Source of the DNA: Scyliorhinus canicula
Taxonomy: Eukaryota
Direction of reading: 5' to 3'
Assembly (NCBI RefSeq): GCF_902713615.1
Contig: NC_052157.1
Coordinates: 44,850,553-44,914,552, forward strand
DNA: 64,000 nucleotides
The notes beneath the pieces were generated by a model. The model did no database searches. It had not been told where the DNA came from and worked only from the letters and a program-made list of their open reading frames with translations. The position numbers and the translations under genes were made by a program. Position 1 is the stretch's first letter, and every line of letters begins with the position of its first letter. This document shows positions 38,998-49,565 of this stretch, one piece after another.

Positions 38998-39589
38998 AGA
39001 TGCAACTGTAGCTTTCCTAAAAATTGGGCCTTAAGGCATGTTGCCTACAGTAATAAATCTTAAGCTTTTGAAGATGGGGGACGTCCAAAGTGATTAAGTT
39101 GAGGCTAATTTGTTTTTTTCAGGGAAGATAAAACTGAATATGGTTTAGCACAGCAACTCTAGATTGTTACTTTTTACTACAATCTACGATAATTTAGAAA
39201 ATATTGTATAATGAAAATATGGAATATCCAATCATTTGAATTCAGCAACATAACCGCATAGCAAAGTAGGAATTTGGTCCTTAAAATATTGAATTATCAG
39301 CTGATTTGAAATAAGCAGGTTTGTTTTAATTGCATTAGGAATACTATCCAAAGACAAAGCCAAGTTTGACAAGTTGTTTTTGGTATTGAAAATAAAGAGT
39401 TTTCAGGCCTGGGTTTAAAATCATAGATTTTGTCCTTATTTTGTGTAATAATTTATGGTTAACAAATCAATCTCAGTATGGGAATTAAAGCTGGTTCTGC
39501 ACTGCAGATTAAGGAGTTGGAGATGCAAAACTGAGGAGCTGCTCTGCCCCCATTGGCAGGAGGCTACAATTGCAATGTAATAAGTTTAT

Positions 39590-39810
39590 TTATTTTTTTT
39601 AATTTAGAGTACCCAATTATATTTTTTCGAATTAAGAGGCAATTTAGCATGGCCAATCTACCTACCCTTGCACATCTTTGGGATGTGGAGGTGAGACCCA
39701 CGTATACAGGGGGAGAATGTGCAAACTCCACACAGACAGTGACCCGAGGCCAGGATTGAACCCGGGCCCTTGGCGCCGTGAGGCGGCAGTACTAACCAGT
39801 GCACCACTGT
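39590..39810 (-). mobile_element. V-SINE, tail type A
   Basis: tttttaatttagagtacccaatt...gcaaactccacacagacagtgaccc, reverse complement of the type A family. Confidence 0.85.
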
Positions 39811-42404
39811 CTGACCTGGTGTGACAGGTTTTTGCAGACATGCAATGTAGAAGTAGAAATATATAATCAAAGAAGTTGACACAAAAGTGTGACAATATAC
39901 TGACAGGAACTTTGTAGATAGGAAATACGTACAGGTGTAAGATATTTATTAACTCTAAAACAAGGCCTAGCAGGGAATTATTCTATCAAAGAAAAGAAAA
40001 AGCTTGTAGGTTTAGTAATATGTTCAGTATCTTAGGCATGATGTGATAATTTATCTCAATATCAGGGCAACTGAAAATACTGTCCAGACACATGACGGAG
40101 GACTCATCTACAAGAATGGCTTAAAACACAGGAACCAAAAGTGCTGAAATAAACTAGATAAACGTTTTTCAAAATAATATTGGTCGTCACAAAATGAAAG
40201 CATGATGAGTGATGCCTCGTCACAGAGTGAATGAAATAAACTTCATTGTGAATGTAACTCAATTGTGGAAAAGTAATGAGGCTGGATAATTTCATCATAA
40301 ATGGATTTTGTTTGCATTCTGGCAATAAATCTATGTGAGGACTGAGGACCAAATCTTATTTAAACAATAAACCTAGTTAAATCCACCACGCAGTGCAGGA
40401 CTGAGCCACATGAATGAGAAGGCCTAAAGTTTGATTTCTAGTTTATGATCTGCCAGATAACCTCATCCAAAGCAGCAGAAGGAATACGATTGACCATCAA
40501 TGACAAGGCAGGCACATGGGGCTATCAGCTAGTTTCTAAATATTGGCCACTGCCTATTGCAGTCTCTGCGGGAAATTGTGCTTTTATGGACCATGACTAA
40601 AAGCAAGGTTTGTTGGGACTTGATGACTCCCATAGCTGAATTGTTGCCCAACCCTTAAACCCCCCTCTCTCTCATAAAGAATGGGCCACACAAACGAGAT
40701 ACTGGGGATTGTCGGCACCAGTACCTTCATGAAAGGAGAAAATAAGAGAGGCAAAAACAACAGCTGAATCATCGCATGGAACTAATTCATCTTGGAGAGC
40801 AGGGCCCTTGACTGGCAGGATAAATGCATTTTTTTTTCTGTCTTGCTATGCTTTCACAAATTCTGTACTGCTAAACAGAAGCAGATGTACGGTGACATAT
40901 GCCCCTCCGGCACTGCCCTGTGTTCTCAGAGCAGAAAAGGGTTTTGTTTTACAGTGAATCTTGCCGTTGGTTTCACTGCCATCTGTGTTCTTTAAATTAG
41001 ACATCTCACTAGCTTAGATTCCCAACCAGGTGTAAGGGCTTGCCTGTGCTGGTGCAGTAATTATGATTTTTGACTGTTGCATGAGTGTTGGGTCATGCTA
41101 TTAGCATCATAAATCCTAAGTGGCATTCCAGTCCAGTGGCTTGAAGGCTAAAGTTAATAAAAAAAAAGTAATCTTGTCATAATTGACTCCTGCCTTTATG
41201 TTCTATAGAAGTCATCAAGATTTCCTCTCTCTGTGGTTTCTTAGTTGTTGAACGGATACTTCTATCAAAGGATTTAGTGAACAAAGCAGCTAATGTCTAA
41301 CTTTGTAAATCTCTGCTAATGTAGTGCTTTTTACCCCCAGTTAAAATAGTTATTTTATAATCTGAGAAATGTCGATATTCCCAGTAAATTCTGGCGTATA
41401 TTTCTCATCTTTGGCAGTGCAATTAGGGACCGTTCTGTAATAAACACTGAATATTCCCAGCATTGATGGGCTACAGTTGTGAAGAGAAAAGGATGATTTA
41501 TGAGTTTTATTTTCACAGGGACTGAGCTAGTCAAAGAATGGTCTGATTGTTACATAGAAGCTCACTACACTAAAACAGGCCATTTGGCCCAACGGCTTGA
41601 AGCTGGAATTTATGCTCTTCGTTGTGTTCTTCTCATCTTACTTCATCTAACCGTCTGGAATATCCTGCTATTCCTTTCTTCCTCATTTAACTTCCCCTCA
41701 AATACATCTTGATTCTGTGATGCTATTCACCTCAACCGCTCTACGTTGTAAAATAATTTCTGCTGAATCCCTATATATTAGTAACTATCATATTTATGCA
41801 TTATGCATTTTGCATTTGTCCACGAGTGGGAACTCCTTCCCTACCTTCTTATGAATGAAGGCTTTAAAGCAGTGGTGTGGTTCATTGATCTGTCAGCCAA
41901 TAACAAGACATTCAAATTTTAAAATTATGTTGGAAAAAAAAGTTAGAAAAAAACTATTTGCACCAAGGTGATTTTAATGTGTCATTCTCTGTTATAAGCT
42001 GTCATTGAAGTAGAGTCCATGATTTTCTTTGAAAGACAATTGGACAGTTGCTGAAAATTTTGCCTTGGTGTTCCGTGAGCAAGCCAAAGTGTGAGATCGA
42101 GTAGGATGGCTTATGTGGAGAAAAGCTGTATTGTGGACTTGATGACCTGAATGGCTTGTATTTCAAGGAATTTTAAAGCAAGCTGTGGTTCTACTTTCCA
42201 ACTAGTCCGCGCTGCTTAATATCTGTGCCGGCGACCTACATACTAATATGATCATAGTATTTACCGCTAGCTGGTTGAAACCCAAGTATTAAATCTATCA
42301 ATCATCTTTATTATTGGGTTCTGGGAAGAGAGTTTCACTGTTGGTACCCCTTTTTAAAAAAAATTATCAGTTTTAAAAGGATTAGAATTAATCATAAGAA
42401 ACGC

Positions 42405-42755
42405 TACGGTACGGTAGCATGGTGGTTAGCATAAATGCTTCACAGCTCCAGGGTCCCAGGTCCCAGGTTCGCTTCCCGGCTGGGCCACTGTCTGTGCGGA
42501 GTCTGCACGTCCTCCCCGTGTGTGCGTGGGTTTCCTCCGGGTGCTCCGGTTTCCTCCCACAGTCCAAAGATGTGCGGGTTAGGTGGATTGGCCATGCTAA
42601 ATTGCCGGTAGTGTCCTAAAAAAGTAAGGTTAAGGGGGGGTTCTTGGGTTACGGGTATAGGGTGGATACGTGGGTTTGAGTAGGGTGATAATTGCTCGGC
42701 ACAACATCGAGGGCCGAAGGGCCTGTTGTGTGCTGTACTGTTCTATGTTCTATGT
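42405..42755 (+). mobile_element. HE1-like V-SINE, tail B1
   Basis: Very similar to 33588-33896; (ATGTTCT)n tail. Confidence 0.9.
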
Positions 42756-42974
42756 CTTTTCTTTCAACCAATGAGCACTGATGATATAAGGAGAATGGTG
42801 TGACGGAGTTGATGATCCCTGATTGCATAAATCGACTGAATTATCTTCTGCAGAACTTGTACTGAAGGATATAGGGTCACAGTCAATATCTGTTATTAAA
42901 TCAGTCTCTCACATTTAATCAATTAGTCCTCCAAATGTTGTTGTTGGCATTAATTTTTGTGCTTAAATAATATT

Positions 42975-43127
42975 GGGTGACATCTTCTGGTCTGTCGACG
43001 GTGTACCCCCGCCACAGGTTTTCCCAATGGCGTGGAGTGGATTCAATGGGAAATCCCATTGACAGCGGTGGGACCAGAAGATCCAACGACGGGCCGCCTC
43101 CCACAAGGTGGCCAGAGAATCTCACCC
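42975..43127. mobile_element. Short Harbinger-like MITE
   Basis: Ends gggtgacatcttc / gagaatctcaccc; 3-bp TSD ATT on both sides. Confidence 0.7.
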
Positions 43128-44624
43128 ATTGTTTTAAAAATAGCAAGCTATTGACTGAATAGAAATGGTATTTAGGAAATGTAACCTCTATCCTCCCAGC
43201 AGCTTAAATCACACTGGAGAATGATAAGCACTAAAGAGTATCATATTTGATGGACATTTTGCTGGGACTGCATTTATTTTAAATGAGTTAATACTCCGCT
43301 TTAAAAAAAGAGAAATTTCAGACAAAATGCATTAATCGGTTATTCCACAGCATAGTTTCAAGACTTGCATGCCCAAGATGGGGGTGAACCTCCTGTTCAG
43401 AATCCCTGCTGGATGTTCAATGAATATCTTTTTAAACAGAACCTACTGAAACAAAATGACAAAAAAGGACCGTGATTATAAAAAGAACAAAAGCCACCAA
43501 TAAAAACGGTGCTAGAAAATTAGAATATCGAACTGAAGTTGCAGAAAAAATATGCCTGGCCTTTTCAGAGCTTTTTCCACACTTCCTAATTAACCACTGC
43601 AGATAGGTAATCAGAGCACATGGTGCAATCCCATCCAAAACCAATCGGAAATGACATATGCTCTGTTTAAATTAATTTGAATATTGCAGCTTCGCTTTGG
43701 CACAACTTTACATGCAACAATCAAAGGACTGAATTCTGCACAGACTGGGGGAACTTGCAAAAGGTCTTCACTTGCTGCTTTCCCAATCCTTGTTGCTTGT
43801 TTTGCCAAAAAAAAAGGATTGGCCCTTGGAAAATATGCCCTAGAATATTTTATATTTCTTGAGCTTGGTATATTCCAATTATTTGTGAGGTCCAGAGCTT
43901 CAATACTTGACCCCCGGTCTATTGATTAGCTGGCAGACCTGCTCCCAGGCGTTTCCCAATTCTGTCTGGAGCGAGGAAGTGCATGGGGATAGCCTGCAAT
44001 ATCTCCACACTGACTCTTCTCTCCCTGCTGTATTGAGGGGAAGCACTTTGTCATTCAGCCGTTCTCCAATTACCCAGCTCAGTTGAGAGACTGGCTGGCC
44101 TTGACCCAAATTCCTGCTCTACACAACACAGCTTTATGAACTGTGTAACAAAAATTGCCTCTTCCCACTTAGCAGGTAGCTGATAGCTGAATAACAAGGT
44201 TATCAAGAGACAGTCCCTGCATTTGAATTATTTATATTATTCAGTTTCATTATTTGCAATACAAATGATGGGTAAAACATGAATACAGTTTACCAAGAGT
44301 TGCAGCACTAATAATGTGAGATATACAAGTAAAAACCTTGCTAGATTAATTATGAAAACTTTGCCATCTCATCTTATTGATATCCCAAAATATTATCTGA
44401 CACTTGTATGCATAGGAAACTTGCAAGAAAATAATCTGTGTCGTTAAGTTCCCTCCTAAAATCATGAAATAAGCGGATGAGCTAATCACCTGTAAGTTTC
44501 TCTAATTTATAAGTTTACGTTCTGAAGTTAAGAGGAAGCTCAACACAGCAACAACTAATGGAACCTATAATTCAATGGAATGTCCAAGAGTATGACTCCA
44601 AGCCCCATTAGCAGATATTAGTTC

Positions 44625-45005
44625 AGGTGAACAAAAGCTTGGTCAAACAGGTAAGTTGAAGAAGTCTCCTAAAGGAGGAAAACAAAGTAGAGAGACTGAG
44701 GAGTGTGGAGAGGACATTCCAGTGCTTGGGGCATGGGTAACTGGAGGCACGGTCATCAGTGGTGGAGCGATTAAAATCGGGGATGCACAAGAGGTCAGAA
44801 TTTGAGGAGCGCAGATATCTTGGAGGGTTGTTGGGCTGGAGGCGATTACAGAGATAGGGAGGGGTAAGGCCACAGAGGGAAGTTGAAAACAAAGATGAGA
44901 ATTTTAAAATGAAGACATTACTTGACCAGGATGCAATGTAATTCAACTAGTATAGGGTTGATGGGGGAATGGAACCTGGTTAGAATACGACACCAGCAGC
45001 TGAAG
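44625..45005 (-). mobile_element. L2/CR1-clade LINE 3' fragment
   Basis: Minus-strand ORF ...GLTPPYLCNRLQPNNPPRYLRSSNS...HWNVL, typical of an L2/CR1 ORF2 C-terminus. Confidence 0.7.
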
Positions 45006-45474
45006 TACTGCAAATGACAGCAATTATAAGCCTAGAGTCTGAATCCAGCGATCTGCTGGGATAAAAGGCTCCCCCTCTCAGCTGGTTTAAGTGAGTTTGG
45101 CCAGCAAGGAAACCCGTTTGAAGGGAGCTGCAGGACAGGGACATGTCTACAATATCATAGCTCCACTCCTTTTGACCAGTAGGATTTATCATTAAATTGA
45201 CAGTTTACCCAGAGGTGACACAAAGATGGTTTGTCTGCGAAATGAAGAATTGCAGAAGGAGGCCATTTGGCCCATCAGGTCTGCACCTGCTGCCTGAAAG
45301 AGCACCTTATCTAGGTCCACTCCCCCAACCCATCCCCATAATCCTCAATCCCACTGTAACCTGCACTTCTTTGGACACTTAAGGGTCAATTTTAGCAAGG
45401 CAAATCCACAGTACTGTGTACTGCTCTGAATTTGGGATTAAAGTTTGTAGTTGAAGACGAGAGTAGGTTTGCAT

Positions 45475-45757
45475 CTTTATTATTGTCACAAGTAGGCTTA
45501 CATTAACACTGCAATGAACTTACTGTGAAAATCCCCCCGTCACCGCACTCCAGCGTCTGTTCGGGTACTCAGAGGGAGAATTCAGAATATCCAATTCACC
45601 CAATTTCGTGACTTGTGGGAGGAAACCAGAGCACCCAGAGGAACCCCACACAGACACAGGGAAAACATGCAGCCTCTGCTCAGACGGTGACCAAGTGGGA
45701 ATCGAACCTGGAACCCTGGCGCTGTGAAGCAGCATTACTAATCACTGCGCTACCATC
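45475..45757 (-). mobile_element. V-SINE, tail type C
   Basis: Reverse complement of the type C family. A separate B2-tail fragment lies at ~45245-45410. Confidence 0.85.
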
Positions 45758-46076
45758 CCGCCAATTTTCCCTGCCCGTCTTTTTCCTGCCTGTGTCCCAT
45801 GGGTGGAAATTATTTCATTCTGCAACACTCGTATTCGGCTTTTAATGGCTCAAAAATTGCTCTACTTTTATATACTTGCCATTCTGGTCATCTGATGATT
45901 ATACAGTGAATTATTGGAGAAGGACATGCTGATCTGAAATATTTTGATTTAACAAACCTGGGAAAATGTTATTCTCCTGTGCGTAGCTGTATTTTTCCCC
46001 GTACCCCAGCCCAGAATTCTTTTTCGTGGTTAGGTTCAACTGCATTGTAACGGTTACTGTTCCTTTTGTGATGCAG

Positions 46077-46265
46077 GTAATTCCCAGTGATCCCTACTGG
46101 GTACCCACAACAGAAGAAGAGTACTTGCATTTTGGAGAGAAGGCTGATTCAGTAAACCAGGCACACAAGTACATGAATACTGTGCGCAGACGGAAAGGGC
46201 TGTATGTGGAAGAGAAGATTGTCGAGCATGCTGAAAAGCAGAGAACACTCAGCAAAAATAAATAA
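46077..46265 (+). CDS. EFL1: Terminal coding exon of elongation factor-like GTPase 1 (EFL1/EFTUD1, ribosome maturation GTPase)
   Basis: Translates [62 protein letters not shown], which I recognise as the conserved EFL1 C-terminus. Preceded by a pyrimidine tract and CAG acceptor (tgttccttttgtgatgcag, AG at 46075-46076); phase 0; TAA stop at 46263-46265. Confidence 0.95.
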   Translation, partial: VIPSDPYWVPTTEEEYLHFGEKADSVNQAHKYMNTVRRRKGLYVEEKIVEHAEKQRTLSKNK

Positions 46266-46875
46266 TTGCTTCAGAATACAAACTATTCAACTATGTTTGT
46301 TCATGTGTGGAGAATAGTCAAATTGAAGATGACATTGAAAACTTGCATAATTGAGTTTGCTGGAAATATTAGTATGCTACCTTAATATGATTACCTTCAA
46401 ACTCAAATCAAAACTTCTGTATTCTAATTCCCTGTACGGGTTGAGTACAAAATGCCATCAGCCAAAGTTAAAGACGGACTAAAATATGATATTTATGTGA
46501 TAAGACTTCTTAATGAATGAAAACACACCACAGTTACTTGAAACTGCTGCGGCAACGGAACTCAGGCATTTGTGTTGCACCCTCTGCAGTTTATAGATTG
46601 ATCTGGCCTGTTTTGAATTACTTCCAACAAGCCTAAGAGTTGCAACCGGAAAAAGTCACCCCTAATTCTGAATCGGACAATCAAGGTTGAAATGTTAAGA
46701 ATGTTTCACTAACTAATGTCCTCCTGTGGTCCAGTCTTACCAAGTTAAAATTAATACTAATGAATGCACATTTCAAAATGATATGATAGGAAGAAATAGA
46801 ACAGGTGGTTTAGCCACAGTACCACTATTGGTCTATATTAGAGGTGTCAATAAAAGTTACACTGTGATGATGCTG
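46266..46875 (+). other. EFL1: Probable EFL1 3' UTR
   Basis: Repeat-free AT-rich sequence between the stop codon and the AATAAA at 46849; 3' end approximate. Confidence 0.6.
46849..46854 (+). terminator. Candidate polyadenylation signal AATAAA
   Basis: First clear AATAAA downstream of the EFL1 stop (gtgtcAATAAAagttac), about 580 nt after the stop. Confidence 0.55.
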
Positions 46876-47239
46876 ATGCGCTCTTGAGCATAGCAGTACA
46901 TCACTCTGATTGCTCCAACAGATTTAGTTACATCCAAGAAAATTTTAACCCCTTATGGGTGGTTCTACCTGCTGTAGATATCGTAATCTAATTGTGTTCA
47001 TTTTTAATTCTTTAGTGGCATCACTGGTTTTGCTTATAGTGAGTGGAGGGGAAAATGAAAAGTAGCTTTGAAAGGAATGAATTATTATATATACTTACTC
47101 CAGCTTTGGATGTATTAGGTTAAAATCTAAGATTCTTTGGTCACATTTTTCTGCCTCAGCACAAAGCACATGATGACAGGAGAAAACGATAACCTTTTAC
47201 AAGCGCCCAGATTGGTTTAAGATTCCACTTCCTTTGTTT

Positions 47240-47465
47240 TTTTTAAATAAATTTAGAGTACCCCATTCAGTTTTTCCAATTAAGGGGCAATTTAGCATGG
47301 CCAATCCACCTACCCTGCACATCTTTTGGGTTGTGGGGGCGAAACGCACGCAAACAGGGGGAGAATTTGCAAATTCCACACGGACAGTGACCCAGAGCCG
47401 GGATCGAACCTGGGACCTCGGCGCCATGAGGCAGCAGGGCTAACCCACTACGCCACCGTGCTGCC
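47240..47465 (-). mobile_element. V-SINE, tail type A
   Basis: TSD ccacttcct(t/g)tgttt at 47225-47239 and 47466-47480. Confidence 0.9.
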
Positions 47466-49339
47466 CCACTTCCTGTGTTTAACATCACATTACAGTTGTA
47501 TAATCTACTGCTGAGAATGAGCGATTTTGCACAAAAACTGGTAGAATTATCCAAATTGAGCAAGGCCGATAACAGCAAACTAGGAATGCAGTGCTAAAAA
47601 ATTGAGTTGTCAATTATTTGAATTAAATGCAGACTATGATTGCCTCAACACAAAGCAAATTATTGCATATTCTGGAAATCAAATTAAAACATAAATGCTA
47701 GAAACACTCAGCAGGTCCAGCTGGCAGCATCTATAGAAAAAGAAACAGGTTGATGACTTTTTAAATCAGAATTTACTTGAAACATTGGCGCAGTTTCCCT
47801 CCACAGATGCTGCCAGGTCTTCTGAACATTTCCAGGATTTTCTGTAATGATCACAGGCCTGGTATCCATTAACAGACATGTAACATTAGCTCTGATCAAT
47901 AATTTGTGATGCAGAAAGCTGTTTCAGTTCTCCCTGTATTGTGAAATCTGATTAAACATTGATTCTCTAAAGTGAAATGCTGCTTAAGGTCACATTTTTA
48001 AGGCCATCATTTTGTGTAAAGGGGCTTTTGCATGTCCCTCAATCAATAATTGGGCAAGAGACAACCAGCTTAACAGTTACACGCACCCAATGTCAGCCAG
48101 CTTGATTCCGGTTTCTTGCCCTCTTGCCAATGAATGGGTCTCCAACATGGGGAAAAAGGAGGCGGAGAAGGAGGTGAAAATCGAAGAAAAATAGTATTGA
48201 AGCATTTTTTAAAATCCAAATACTTGCAAATCAAAATAAAAATTGGCTGTGAATGAGGGGTTAAGCAGTGACTTGGCTTATCTTTTGTGAAATGCTACAT
48301 TGATAAAGTTATTTTTTACATCAATCACAATGCATCGAAATATCTTCTAAAAATCTTACATCCGTATATATTTCCTGTCTACAAAACTTTACTTCCTGTT
48401 ACCACATTTTTCTCTCACTTCTTTGCATTAAAAATTTCTACCTCTACATTATAATGGAAATTGTGTGAACTCCACATTGAAGAAAATACTTTTTATTGGA
48501 GATTTTTGTCGTAAAAAAACAGCTGTGAATTTTTCATTGGGTTTCTGGTATTTCTTATCATTCAAAATAGTGCTAGTTTCATCTTTTCAGACATCAGTTT
48601 GCAGTTATAACAGTGTATTCTGGATGGAGATTTCCGTGACTATGCTGATTATATCTAAACAGCTGCAACAGCATTCAAAGAGCTTGACACTATCCAGGAC
48701 AGAGCGGCCTGCTTTATCAGCATCCCAACCATTGACATAAAAATCTATTTTCTGCATCATTGGTGCACTATAGTTGCAGCATGTCTTCTCCACAGGATGC
48801 GCTGCAGAAACTCGCCAAAGCTTCACCGCTCAGAACCGCTGGCAGGGGAGGCACATGAAAACACATACACCTTCAAGTCACACACCACCCTGACTTGGAC
48901 TTGTATCGCTGTTCCTGCATTGTTGCTGAGTCAAAATCCGAGAAATAAGTAGCTAGCAACACTGGAAATGCCTTTCTCATATGGACTACTGTGGTAGAAG
49001 ACCATCCAACACAGCGAGGGCAATTGGAGATGGGCGATAAATGCTACCCTTAGCAAAGTTCACAGCCAAAGAATGACTTCATTTAAATTAACTAAAAAAT
49101 GGTATGTTTAACTCAATAAAGAGCTCCTAGGAGCTCTTTGGACATGATATTACACTGATATGCACTGATATTAAATGGTACTTGAGAGTGATTATATTTC
49201 AAGTTAGTGGGGGCGGTTACTCAGGCCTCTTTTTGGACATGGTGCAAAACACAAAAAAGCTATAAAATAAGAGTTAAGTTTATCGAATGTGGTAAGGCAG
49301 AAAGCATGAAGGTGACCTTGGAACATGCATGAACTGCAT

Positions 49340-49565
49340 GGTAAAGTGGCCATAGTCCCAGATTACCAAAGGCTGCTTTCCCCTTTTGAGGGGGAGAGCT
49401 GGCTGGTGGTGATTTAACCTGAGTTTCACCACACCTCGGGCAAGGGACAAAGTTGAGAAGGCGGGGCCATTGTGAATAACCTCAGCCAGGGCGGGAATTG
49501 ACCCCGCGTTGTTGACCTCAAGCCGCATCATAACCTAGCCTTCCAGCCAACTGAGCTAAACCTAC
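49340..49565 (-). mobile_element. tRNA-derived SINE (second family)
   Basis: Matches 28515-28745. Confidence 0.75.

Larger units (their letters stand above)
1..46076 (+). other. EFL1: Probable last intron of EFL1 (partial, >46 kb)
   Basis: Ends at the acceptor of the terminal exon. The expected penultimate exon (ending ...SPQLVFSHWE) was not seen in the ORF track or by eye. Confidence 0.6.

Noticed and set aside
46026-46076. N-terminal part ([17 protein letters not shown]) of the ORF-track call 46026-46265
   Set aside because: This is intronic polypyrimidine/acceptor sequence; EFL1 similarity starts only at VIPSDP (46077).
46860-46912. GTGATGA ... CTGA resembling C/D snoRNA boxes
   Set aside because: Too short (~45 nt), no terminal stem, and located at the 3' UTR end rather than in an intron.
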